Shown here in pieces: positions 9,022 to 17,370 of a stretch of 26,055 nucleotides of DNA (the stretch's first letter is position 1; every line of letters starts with the position of its first letter). A program made the position numbers and the translations under genes. The notes beneath the pieces were generated by a model. It saw only the letters and a list, made by a program, of their open reading frames with translations, was not told the origin of the DNA and did no database searches. The DNA comes from a virus (taxonomy: Duplodnaviria > Caudoviricetes): positions 1 to 26,055 of the IMG/VR virus record IMGVR_UViG_3300010206_000014; one strand, written 5' to 3'.

Positions 9022-9488
9022 TGCAGGCCCTAGTCGCACCAATCGCCGCGGCTGCCGGCGGCATGGCCCCCCTCACGACGCTGATCGGCGCCGGTTCTGC
9101 TGTCGCATCCGGCGTCTCGGCCTATGCCTCCGGGAAGGCCGACGAGGAAGCGAACCGGATCAACGCCTACATCGGCCGCACGCGCGCCATGCAGACCGAC
9201 GCGACGGCGCGGGAGAACCTCGACACCGAACTCGGCACCCTGCGCGCGACCTTCGCGGCCAACGGGCAGCGGCCGACCGTCGGGACCGCCGAGATTTTCA
9301 ACGAACTGCGGCGCGTCCGGTCGCGGGACCGGAGGATCGAGTTCGGGAACCGGATGCAGGAGGCGTCGGCCTACAACATCGCGGCGAACAACGCGCGGTC
9401 GTCGGCCAGGGCCGGGCTGTGGGGCGGGATGGCGAAGGCCGCGCCGTCGGTGATGGACTACCTGGAGATGCGGGCAAAGCGGGGCTGA
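9018..9488 (+). CDS. Internal virion/ejection protein (gp14-like)
   Basis: 156 aa; hydrophobic Ala/Gly-rich N- and C-termini, ..AANG....G. motif; SD AAAGGAG. Confidence 0.75.
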   Translation: MMQALVAPIAAAAGGMAPLTTLIGAGSAVASGVSAYASGKADEEANRINAYIGRTRAMQTDATARENLDTELGTLRATFAANGQRPTVGTAEIFNELRRVRSRDRRIEFGNRMQEASAYNIAANNARSSARAGLWGGMAKAAPSVMDYLEMRAKRG

Positions 9489-9489
9489 C

Positions 9490-12048
9490 ATGGCAACCAT
9501 CAGACAGATCGTCCCGTCGCAGCAGATTTCCGAGTTCCGCCCCGTCGCTTCAGAAGCAGGTGGCGGTTTTCGCGTTCTGGCGGGGGCGCTTGAGGAAGCG
9601 TACAACTATCTGCTTCCGAAGGGCATCGCGGAGATGGAGCGGCGGGGCGACGCGCTCGGCCGCGAGATCATCCAGCAGCAGATCGGAGACCCGGCGGGTG
9701 CGACCGTCACCAAGTCGACCGTCTCTGCGTCTCTGGCGCGAACCGAAAGCGGCGGCCGGTATGACATCGTGAACTCGGAAGGGTTCACCGGGAAGTATCA
9801 GTGGGGGCAAGGTCGCCTCGACGACTTCAACCGCGCGAACGGGACATCCTTCACGCTGGATCAGTTCAAGAACGACCCCGGCCTGCAAGAGCGTGCGCAG
9901 CAATGGCACGAGGGCGACATCATCGCGCAACTCGGCGGCTACGAGGGACGCGTGGTCAAAGGCATCACGATGACCAAGGGCGCGATCATCGGCGCGGCCC
10001 ATCTCGGGGGTATCGGGGGCGCCAGAAAGTTCATCGAGACGGATGGGGCTTATGACCCGGCAGACAGCAACGGGACAACCCTTTCAGACTACGCCCGCAC
10101 CCACGGCGGCGCGACTGTCTCTGCATCCACGTCTGGCGGCGAGACCTTCACGCCGACGATGCTGCGCGAGGCCGACGGCACGCTGACGGCGCGGCTGTTC
10201 GGCCCGTCATCGAACCCGATGATGCAGGCGCACGATGCCGCCGCCGGGGTCGCGTACCAGTCCGACGTGTTCCTGAAGGGCACGGTCGACCTGATGGCGC
10301 TGTCGGATCAGTTCGCCCTGAACCCGGAAGGCTTCCGTCAGGCTGCCGACGAGTATGTGACGGCGCTTGCCGATGCCGCCCCGGAGTTGTTCCGCATGGA
10401 CGTGCGGGCCGGGCTGGAGAAGGAAGTCCAGCGCCGGTTCCTCGGCATGGTGGACGAGCGGCAGCGCGACATCAGGCAGCGGGCCGCCAACTCCAGCGCG
10501 GCGCTTGCCGATCGGTGGGCCGACGATCTGTCGTCCGCGATTGTCGGCGGCGACCCGAAGGAGATCGCGGCGGCACGGGCGCAGTTGTCCTCCGTCCTCG
10601 CGGCGCGGGAGCGGCTGCCGGGCGTGTCGTGGACCCCGGAGCAGACCGCGAACTTCATCGCCAAGTCCGAAGAGGAAGGGGCCCGCCGGATCAAGACGGC
10701 GCAGGACGAGCAGACGAAGACGTGGAAGGATGCGCTCTCGACCATCGTCACGGCGGCCAAGGCCGGGATGCACGCCGCCGATGAGGCTGTTCTGAGCAAC
10801 CCGCTCGTCCAGCAGATGCTCCCAGAAGAGTGGCGCAAGGCGGCGTCCTTCACGATGCTGCGCGACGAGATGCCGTCGTTCATGGCGATGACCCCGGCGG
10901 AACAGGCCCAGGCTCTCGTCGACATGAAGGCGCAGCCGGTGACGGCGGCATGGGAGGCCGACCTCTACGGCGCGGCAGAAGAAGCCGCGGCGGCCAATGC
11001 GAAGGCGTGGCGGGACGATCCGATCAAGCGCGCTGGCGAGGTGCTGACGGCTAATCCGCCGCCGCCGCTGCCCGAGTTCGACCCGACGAACCCTGAGCCG
11101 TTCATGGCAGCCCTCGGCGCGCGTGCGACCTATGGGCAGGCGCTCGCGGATCAGGGCTACGTCGAGAAGCCGATCTACGTCTCGAAGGCGGAAGCCGTGA
11201 CCATCGGCGCGATGTTCGGCAAGGACGTTCCCCCCGAGATCAAGGCGGCGGCGGCCGGCGCGGTTGTCGGCGCCATGGGGCCGGCGGCGGAAGGGTTCTT
11301 CGGTCAGATCAGCACGACCGACCCCACCATCCAGCACGCCGGCATGCTCATGGCGCGCGGCGGCGATCCGGCGGTTGCGACCGAGATCATGACCGGGCAA
11401 TCGCTTCTCGATCAGAAGGTTGTGCAGGCCCCGACCGCAACGGCGGTCGCCAAGTCGCGGGCCGGCGAGATCGACACGGTGCTGCGGTCTCTCCCAGGTG
11501 TGCCGATTGCGCAGATCGAGAAGGCCGCCAAGGCGATCTACGCCGCCCGCGTCCCGACCGGCGCAGATGACGAGGAACAGGCCAAGGTGATGACCGAGGC
11601 GTGGCAGGCCGCGCTCGGGAAGAGCACGGTCCTCGGGCGCACTCTGGGCGGCATCCAGACCATAGGCGGGCACCCGACGCTCCTGCCGCCGGACGTGGCC
11701 GGTGAGGACGCCGACAAGGCCCTCTCAGCGGCGTTCGGGCTGCGCGACGTGACGGCATCCGAGGGCTTCGGGATGATCTGGCCCGGCGCGTCTGACCCGC
11801 GGGCGCCCGACGGCGGCATGTGGATCGAGGCGGCAGGGGCAATCCCGGTTCTCGGCGGGACCGTTCTCGACCCGCAACTGTTCGCCAACGGCGAGATCGT
11901 CATCACCCCGGTCGGCGGGACGCGGTACACGCTCTCGGTGAACCGGAACGGCGTGGTGCAGGACGTGCGCGCCGTTGGCGCCGAAGATGGCCTCGCCTTC
12001 ACGTTTGACCTCGAAAAGCTGATCGAGGCGTCTAGGAGGCCGCGGTGA
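9490..12048 (+). CDS. Ejection protein with a lysozyme/transglycosylase-like domain
   Basis: 852 aa, helical; residues about 80-205 contain ESGG.Y..VN..G..GKYQ, F..DP.LQE and AAHLGG motifs. Confidence 0.8.
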   Translation: MATIRQIVPSQQISEFRPVASEAGGGFRVLAGALEEAYNYLLPKGIAEMERRGDALGREIIQQQIGDPAGATVTKSTVSASLARTESGGRYDIVNSEGFTGKYQWGQGRLDDFNRANGTSFTLDQFKNDPGLQERAQQWHEGDIIAQLGGYEGRVVKGITMTKGAIIGAAHLGGIGGARKFIETDGAYDPADSNGTTLSDYARTHGGATVSASTSGGETFTPTMLREADGTLTARLFGPSSNPMMQAHDAAAGVAYQSDVFLKGTVDLMALSDQFALNPEGFRQAADEYVTALADAAPELFRMDVRAGLEKEVQRRFLGMVDERQRDIRQRAANSSAALADRWADDLSSAIVGGDPKEIAAARAQLSSVLAARERLPGVSWTPEQTANFIAKSEEEGARRIKTAQDEQTKTWKDALSTIVTAAKAGMHAADEAVLSNPLVQQMLPEEWRKAASFTMLRDEMPSFMAMTPAEQAQALVDMKAQPVTAAWEADLYGAAEEAAAANAKAWRDDPIKRAGEVLTANPPPPLPEFDPTNPEPFMAALGARATYGQALADQGYVEKPIYVSKAEAVTIGAMFGKDVPPEIKAAAAGAVVGAMGPAAEGFFGQISTTDPTIQHAGMLMARGGDPAVATEIMTGQSLLDQKVVQAPTATAVAKSRAGEIDTVLRSLPGVPIAQIEKAAKAIYAARVPTGADDEEQAKVMTEAWQAALGKSTVLGRTLGGIQTIGGHPTLLPPDVAGEDADKALSAAFGLRDVTASEGFGMIWPGASDPRAPDGGMWIEAAGAIPVLGGTVLDPQLFANGEIVITPVGGTRYTLSVNRNGVVQDVRAVGAEDGLAFTFDLEKLIEASRRPR

Positions 12049-14534
12049 CGTTCTTTCTGAAGCAGACCGAGCCCGCCGCCCGCGGGCCGGACATCGCCCC
12101 GCCGTCCAACGCTGACGGGATCGGCGCCGCGTTTCGATCCGCTGCCCGGTCGGTCAACCAGTACTGGAACATCGGCCGCGCGAAGGATCAGGAGCAGGTT
12201 CCGCTCGCCAAGACCGCGGCAGAGCGGATCGGGCTGGAGGCGCTGAACACGCACTTCGCCACCGGGGACACCGGCCTGATGGGCGGGGTGAAGCCGCCGC
12301 GTGCCGAGAGCGTGCAGGACGTGATCGACTGGTTCGGCGCCGAGACGGTGCTGGATCTGGCGCGCAAGGAAGCGCAGGCGAACCCGGATCGCTGGTCCGA
12401 CCTTGATCTGAGCGAGGGAGGCATCGAGGCGCGCACGCAAGAGCGGCTGCGGGCCGATGACGCGGCGGATGCCGAGATGATCGCGCTGTCCCCGGCCCCG
12501 ATCCGCAACAGCATCATCGGCTCCCTCGGCGCCGGGCTTGTCGACCCGGTGAACCTCGCGCTGATCCCGTTCGGCCTCGGGTCCGGTTCGCTTCTCCGTG
12601 TCATCGGCCGCGAGGCGCTTCTGGGCGCGACGGCAGAGGTCATCGAGTACCCGACGCGTGCCGACATGGCGGAATATCTCGGGAAGCCCGCGCCAAGCCT
12701 TCTGGAGAGCGCGGCCTATGGCGCCGTCGGCGGTGCGGTCCTTGGCGGGGCCATCGAAGGCATCCCGCGGGCCTTCCAAGCCTATCGCCTGTATCGGGAC
12801 GCAACCCGCGTCGAGAGGGACCGCACGGTTTCGGCCCCGACGCAGGAGGCCGCCATCCAGAAAGCCGAGGCGGCCATCGTCTCCGGGGGAGACCCGGTGC
12901 GCGCGGCTGCGGACGAGATCCTGCGCGAGCCTGCCCCTGCGCTGCGCCCCCTGATCCTCGACCCGTCCATGAGCGTCACTGCCCGGACGCCGGACCCGAC
13001 GCCGCTTGCCCCTGACCCCATCACGACGGCGAGCCTGCCGCCGCCATCTGAGCCGCCGGTCCCAGATGGATATGTGCGCATGTATCATGGCGGGTCGACC
13101 AAGGCAGATGGAGATCCCCTGCCAAATACGTTCACCACTGATCGCGCGCTTGCCGAGAAGTACAGCGGCGACGGGCGCATGTTCTATGTCGATGTCCCGA
13201 AAACGGCCGATGAGGTAGAAGCATCTGCAATCAATGATTTTCGGACTTCGCTGACGCGAACGCTCGACCCTGAGAAATTTGGCGGGGTCAAAGAGGCAAC
13301 CACTACAGCCCCGACAACCCCCGGCGAGACGGCGGCGCTGGCAGAGCGGGCGCTGAACGAGGCGTCGCCCAAGCCAGTCCCCAAGCGCGCCCTGATGTGG
13401 CTGAAGCGAAACGGTGGCGTCGATCCCGGTTCATGGTTGGCGAACGAACTGAAGGCGCGCGGCATCACGCACAAGAGCATCCCAGGCCTATTCCGCAAGG
13501 GTGGCCGGCGCGAGGTGGATAACCTCGTGGCCTCGGAGATGGAGGAAGCGATCCCCGGCATCTCATACCGGGCCGGCGTCGACAACGTCTACCTGAGCCG
13601 CGACGGCTTCATGGGCGTCATCGACGACGAGATCAGGGGGTATGACCCCGAGGCGCCCCGCCGAACCTACTCCCCCGAGTACCGGCCCGAGACCTCGTAC
13701 TTCGACGCGACGCCGGACGAGCGCGGCTGGATGGTCGACCTGAACCGCTACCAGTTCGACGACCCCAACTGGCAGGACCGGCTCAAGGGCGACTTCGACA
13801 CCTATCTGCGCGACAAGAGCGTGACCCTGCTGCCCCGCGAGTACGATGAGGTCTTGGGCATCGTACAGGCCCGTGGCGGCGATGTGGACGATCTGCTAAA
13901 CTCGGTGCAGTCGCGCGCCTTGGATGAGGCAGATTGGGCAACGCTGCGCGCGATGAGAGGGGAAGCCTATGGCCGTGCAACCGCAGACGAGATCCCGATC
14001 GGAGGCGAGGAAAGCCTGGGCGCAGGACCAGGTGGCGCGGGCCGAGGGGCTGTTGCAGAACCCGAAGCTGCCGCCCGAGATGCGGCCCAACCTGCTGCGC
14101 GTGATCGCGAACCTCCGGGCGTTGAACGGACTGCCATCGGAGACCAGTACCTCATCCCCGGCACCGACCGAGTAACGCCTGACACGCGGGCGCGGGATCA
14201 GGCCGAGATCGCGGCCCGGCAGATCCAGTCGAAGATCGGGCGGCTGAACCAGTCCCGCGTCGAGGATGACGTGGACGGCCTGTTCGCGGCCAAGCAACTC
14301 GACATCTTCGACAGCCTGAACGCGCCGGAAGGCCGGCGGTTCCTCGACGTGAACGTGCAGGCCTTGCGCGACATTCTGGACGGCGAGGGAGACATCATCC
14401 TCGACGCCCCGATTGCGGCCGACGATGGCCGGGCGCTGAACTCGCTGTCCGATGTGCTGGCCGAGATCGACGATGAGGACGCGCTGACACGCGAGTTCAA
14501 TCTGTGCCTGACCGGCGGGGGAGCCAAGGAATGA
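12045..14534 (+). CDS. Ejection protein, polyvalent type: membrane-like N-terminal part plus inserted ART-like domain
   Basis: 829 aa; DPVNLA..PFG and Gly-rich hydrophobic helices; YHG...FTTD...A..Y...FYVDVP insert at about residues 339-418; C-terminal Cys (NLCL) as seen in related ejection proteins. Confidence 0.75.
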   Translation: MTFFLKQTEPAARGPDIAPPSNADGIGAAFRSAARSVNQYWNIGRAKDQEQVPLAKTAAERIGLEALNTHFATGDTGLMGGVKPPRAESVQDVIDWFGAETVLDLARKEAQANPDRWSDLDLSEGGIEARTQERLRADDAADAEMIALSPAPIRNSIIGSLGAGLVDPVNLALIPFGLGSGSLLRVIGREALLGATAEVIEYPTRADMAEYLGKPAPSLLESAAYGAVGGAVLGGAIEGIPRAFQAYRLYRDATRVERDRTVSAPTQEAAIQKAEAAIVSGGDPVRAAADEILREPAPALRPLILDPSMSVTARTPDPTPLAPDPITTASLPPPSEPPVPDGYVRMYHGGSTKADGDPLPNTFTTDRALAEKYSGDGRMFYVDVPKTADEVEASAINDFRTSLTRTLDPEKFGGVKEATTTAPTTPGETAALAERALNEASPKPVPKRALMWLKRNGGVDPGSWLANELKARGITHKSIPGLFRKGGRREVDNLVASEMEEAIPGISYRAGVDNVYLSRDGFMGVIDDEIRGYDPEAPRRTYSPEYRPETSYFDATPDERGWMVDLNRYQFDDPNWQDRLKGDFDTYLRDKSVTLLPREYDEVLGIVQARGGDVDDLLNSVQSRALDEADWATLRAMRGEAYGRATADEIPIGGEESLGAGPGGAGRGAVAEPEAAARDAAQPAARDREPPGVERTAIGDQYLIPGTDRVTPDTRARDQAEIAARQIQSKIGRLNQSRVEDDVDGLFAAKQLDIFDSLNAPEGRRFLDVNVQALRDILDGEGDIILDAPIAADDGRALNSLSDVLAEIDDEDALTREFNLCLTGGGAKE
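13969..14175 (+). CDS. Nested +1-frame gene (68 aa, two amphipathic helices) inside the ejection gene
   Basis: SD GAGGGG 6 nt before ATG; 59 of 68 codons end in G/C, including 38 in a row, while the host frame falls to 16/38 over those codons. Confidence 0.65.
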   Translation: MAVQPQTRSRSEARKAWAQDQVARAEGLLQNPKLPPEMRPNLLRVIANLRALNGLPSETSTSSPAPTE

Positions 14535-17026
14535 GCGCGTACAACTGCCTTAAGGCAAAGGCCGCTGCCGGCGTCGTGGCGAAGCACAAGGGCGTCGCGG
14601 CCCTGCGGCGGATCAAGGAAATCCGCGAGGCGCTGGAAAAGCAGGGCGAGCCTCTGGCGACGGCGCAGGCCATGGCGGAACTGCGGTTCGCGGAGGAACA
14701 GGCGAACAAGGCGACCAACCAGAAGTGGCGGCTGATCAACCGGGTCCGGGTCATGCGCGAACTTCAGGCCCAGGTCGATGCTACGGCGCCGACGAAGCTG
14801 GGCGCGCTGGCGGTGAAGATGCTGGACGATGCCGACTTCGAGGCGCGCGGTATCCACAAGCTGATCATGGGCCGGGTCGGCGCGTTCATGGAGAAGCACC
14901 GGGTCACGCTGATGGGCGCGGTTTCGAACCCGGCATCCTTCCGCGAGTTCATGAAGGCGCTGCACGGCGAGGCGACCTCGGACGCCACGGCGAAGGCGAT
15001 GGCCGATGCGGTCAACGACACGAACGATTGGATCAGGAAGAAACTGAACTCCTACGGCTACAGCATCGGGAAGCTGGAGGGCTGGGGCATCCCGCACAGC
15101 CACAACGCGCTGACCATCGGCTCGACCCCGTTCCGGCAATGGGCGGATGATGTCGACGCGCGCCTCGATTGGGCGAAGATGGTCAACCCGAAGACCGGGC
15201 TTGAGTTCACCGCGGTCCCGCCGAAGGCCTATCGGGACGAGTTCCTTCAGGCCGCCTACGACAACATCGTCTATGGCCGGAACAGCAAGGCGCCGTCGTG
15301 GGGCGGATCGGCAGAAGGGAACGCCCTGGAGCGGCATCGCGTGTTCGCCTTCAAGTCGGCTGACGACTGGATCGCCTACAACGACAAGTACGGCTCCGCG
15401 GACCCGCACTCGACGCTTCTCCAGCACTGGGACCAGATGTCGCGGCACATCGCCCTGGCCCGCAGGTTCGGGCACGACGCCGGATCGGCGGTCGACTATC
15501 TCGGGCAGATCATCGCCAAGCGGAACCGGGACGAAGGCGCCGGGGCCGTCTCGGCGCTCAAGGGGCAGGGCGGCGCGGCTCTCGCCAAGGGCATGCTGCG
15601 CGTCATGGAGGGCGGCATCGGGCCGACTGGATGGGCCGGTGCCCAGAGCGCGCGGTTCTTCTCCACGACGCGGAAGGTGCTCACCTCGGCGCTGCTTGAC
15701 CGGGCGATTGTTGTCTCGGTCCCGTCGGACATGAACAGCGCCATGATCGCCTCCATAGCGATCGGCATGAACCCGGCCGGCTGGTTCCCGACCTACATCG
15801 GCTTGCTGAAGGACGCGGCTTCCGGTGGCGGGGCGACGCGGGCCGACCTTCTCCGGGCGCAGCACATCGCGGAAAGCTGGGCGAACCCCGGCGTCACGTC
15901 GTCCCGGTTCCAAGCCGAGTACCCGGCCGCCGCCTGGGCGGAAAAGGTCTCGAACGGGGCCATGCGCATTCAGGGCATGAACGCGCACACCGACAGCATG
16001 AAGCTGGCGTTCTCGTGGGGCATGGCCGGGCAGATGGCGTCTGATGCCGGAAAGGCCTTCGACCAACTCGACCCGCTCATGCAGCGCGCGATGTCCCGCG
16101 CCGGCATCACGGCGGCGGATTGGGACATCTTCCGGGCCGGGCCGAAGTTCACCGCCTCGAACGGCGCCGAGTTCCTCTCGCCGCTCTATTGGCAGTCGGC
16201 CGCGACCATCGACCCGGTTGAGGCTGATCGCATCTTCCGCGTGTTCCAGACATTCACCGAGAAGTGGACCGAACTCGCGGTCCCGTCGCGGTCGCTCATC
16301 GCGCAGGGCCTCATCGACCCGAAGGCCTATGACCTCGCCCCCGGCGGGCCGCTCTATGAGGCGGTGAAGTCGGCCGGGATGTTCAAGTCCTTCGTCGCGG
16401 CCTTCGTCATCAACCAGGCGCGGCTCTACGACCATGCCCCGACCGGCGCGGCAAAAGCGGCATATGTGCTGAGGCTCGTCGGGACCACGACCGCGGTTGG
16501 CGCGTTGGCGCTTCAGGTCAACGATCTCCTGTTCGGTCGCGACCCGCAGGACATGACGAACCCGAACTTCTGGTGGCGGTCCCTCCTGCGCGGCGGCGGC
16601 CTCGGGCCGGTCGGGGATCTTCTTGCGACCGGAGCGACGACCTGGGGCAGCGGGCTTTCCGGCTACGTCGCCGGCCCGATCCCGCAACTGGCATCCGACA
16701 TCACGAAGGCGACCTTTGGCAACGCTGTGCAGGCCTACCAGCAAGCGCTCAACGGCGACGACATCGACATCGACCTGATGAAAGAGATCATGGACCTCCA
16801 GCGCCGGTACACGCCCATGTGGCAGACGCCGATTGCGGCCGGCGGCGCGGCTCTGGACCGGATGATCTCGGACCAGTTCGTGCTGATGTTCAACCCCGGC
16901 GCCATTGACGACATGGCGAAGCGGGCCAAGAAGCGCGAGAACCTGTACGGCGGCGGGAACTGGTGGATGCCCGGCAAGGCGCTTCCGTCTCGGGCCCCGG
17001 ACTTCTCGACGGCCATCGGCAGATAG
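14531..17026 (+). CDS. Large ejection protein (gp16-like, 831 aa)
   Basis: ATGA overlap; W.IPH.H, H RVF.FK...DW..Y...YG, FKSF and GGG.G..GD motifs typical of epsilon15/BPP-1-type internal proteins. Confidence 0.8.
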   Translation: MSAYNCLKAKAAAGVVAKHKGVAALRRIKEIREALEKQGEPLATAQAMAELRFAEEQANKATNQKWRLINRVRVMRELQAQVDATAPTKLGALAVKMLDDADFEARGIHKLIMGRVGAFMEKHRVTLMGAVSNPASFREFMKALHGEATSDATAKAMADAVNDTNDWIRKKLNSYGYSIGKLEGWGIPHSHNALTIGSTPFRQWADDVDARLDWAKMVNPKTGLEFTAVPPKAYRDEFLQAAYDNIVYGRNSKAPSWGGSAEGNALERHRVFAFKSADDWIAYNDKYGSADPHSTLLQHWDQMSRHIALARRFGHDAGSAVDYLGQIIAKRNRDEGAGAVSALKGQGGAALAKGMLRVMEGGIGPTGWAGAQSARFFSTTRKVLTSALLDRAIVVSVPSDMNSAMIASIAIGMNPAGWFPTYIGLLKDAASGGGATRADLLRAQHIAESWANPGVTSSRFQAEYPAAAWAEKVSNGAMRIQGMNAHTDSMKLAFSWGMAGQMASDAGKAFDQLDPLMQRAMSRAGITAADWDIFRAGPKFTASNGAEFLSPLYWQSAATIDPVEADRIFRVFQTFTEKWTELAVPSRSLIAQGLIDPKAYDLAPGGPLYEAVKSAGMFKSFVAAFVINQARLYDHAPTGAAKAAYVLRLVGTTTAVGALALQVNDLLFGRDPQDMTNPNFWWRSLLRGGGLGPVGDLLATGATTWGSGLSGYVAGPIPQLASDITKATFGNAVQAYQQALNGDDIDIDLMKEIMDLQRRYTPMWQTPIAAGGAALDRMISDQFVLMFNPGAIDDMAKRAKKRENLYGGGNWWMPGKALPSRAPDFSTAIGR

Positions 17027-17090
17027 GGTGCATGGCGGGCTGCGGCGCGAGACGTACACTCGCCGCAGCCCCATCAGGAGACCCGCCATG
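17027..17090 (+). promoter_or_regulatory. Candidate late promoter within an AUG-sequestering hairpin
   Basis: GGTGCAT at 17027-17033, TACACT at 17055-17060; perfect inverted repeats 17037-17047/17061-17071 and 17031-17039/17082-17090. Confidence 0.6.
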
Positions 17091-17324
17091 CCCGCGCTCA
17101 CCGTCACGCAATCCTGGCAAAGCCGGACCACGACCGATGCCGAAGTGGTGCAGGTGTGGAAGGGCACGGTCCAGATCGACACGGAAAGCGTCGAGGCGAA
17201 CCGGCGTGGCATTCGGCTGTTCGGGGATGAGCCTTCGGCCTGCGCCGTCTATATCCCGGCCTCGACGACCTACTACTACCGCTGCATCAGCCCGGATGCC
17301 ATCGTCGGCTACATCCCGCAGTAG
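17088..17324 (+). CDS. Small beta-rich protein (78 aa)
   Basis: SD AGGAG at 17076-17080, ATG 17088; GC-biased codons. Confidence 0.75.
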   Translation: MPALTVTQSWQSRTTTDAEVVQVWKGTVQIDTESVEANRRGIRLFGDEPSACAVYIPASTTYYYRCISPDAIVGYIPQ

Positions 17325-17326
17325 CA

Positions 17327-17370
17327 AAGGTGCATAGGTTCGGAGAGGGCGCGTCTGCACTCTCCGGGCC
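17327..17370 (+). promoter_or_regulatory. Candidate late promoter, leaderless type, for the tail fibre
   Basis: Second copy of AAGGTGCATAGGTTCG; CACTCT at 17358-17363; ATG at 17371 with no SD. Confidence 0.7.

Noticed and set aside
13006-13218. Second nested ORF over the ART-like insert
   Set aside because: TTG start without SD, no codon adaptation, and an Arg/Ser/Cys-rich shadow composition.
14198-17212. 1004-aa antisense ORF (also 6110-8374, 4891-6531, 3174-4604, 10207-11673, 11538-13088, 22217-23716)
   Set aside because: These are shadow frames of GC3-rich sense genes: Arg/Gly/Val-rich, with no motifs or SD.
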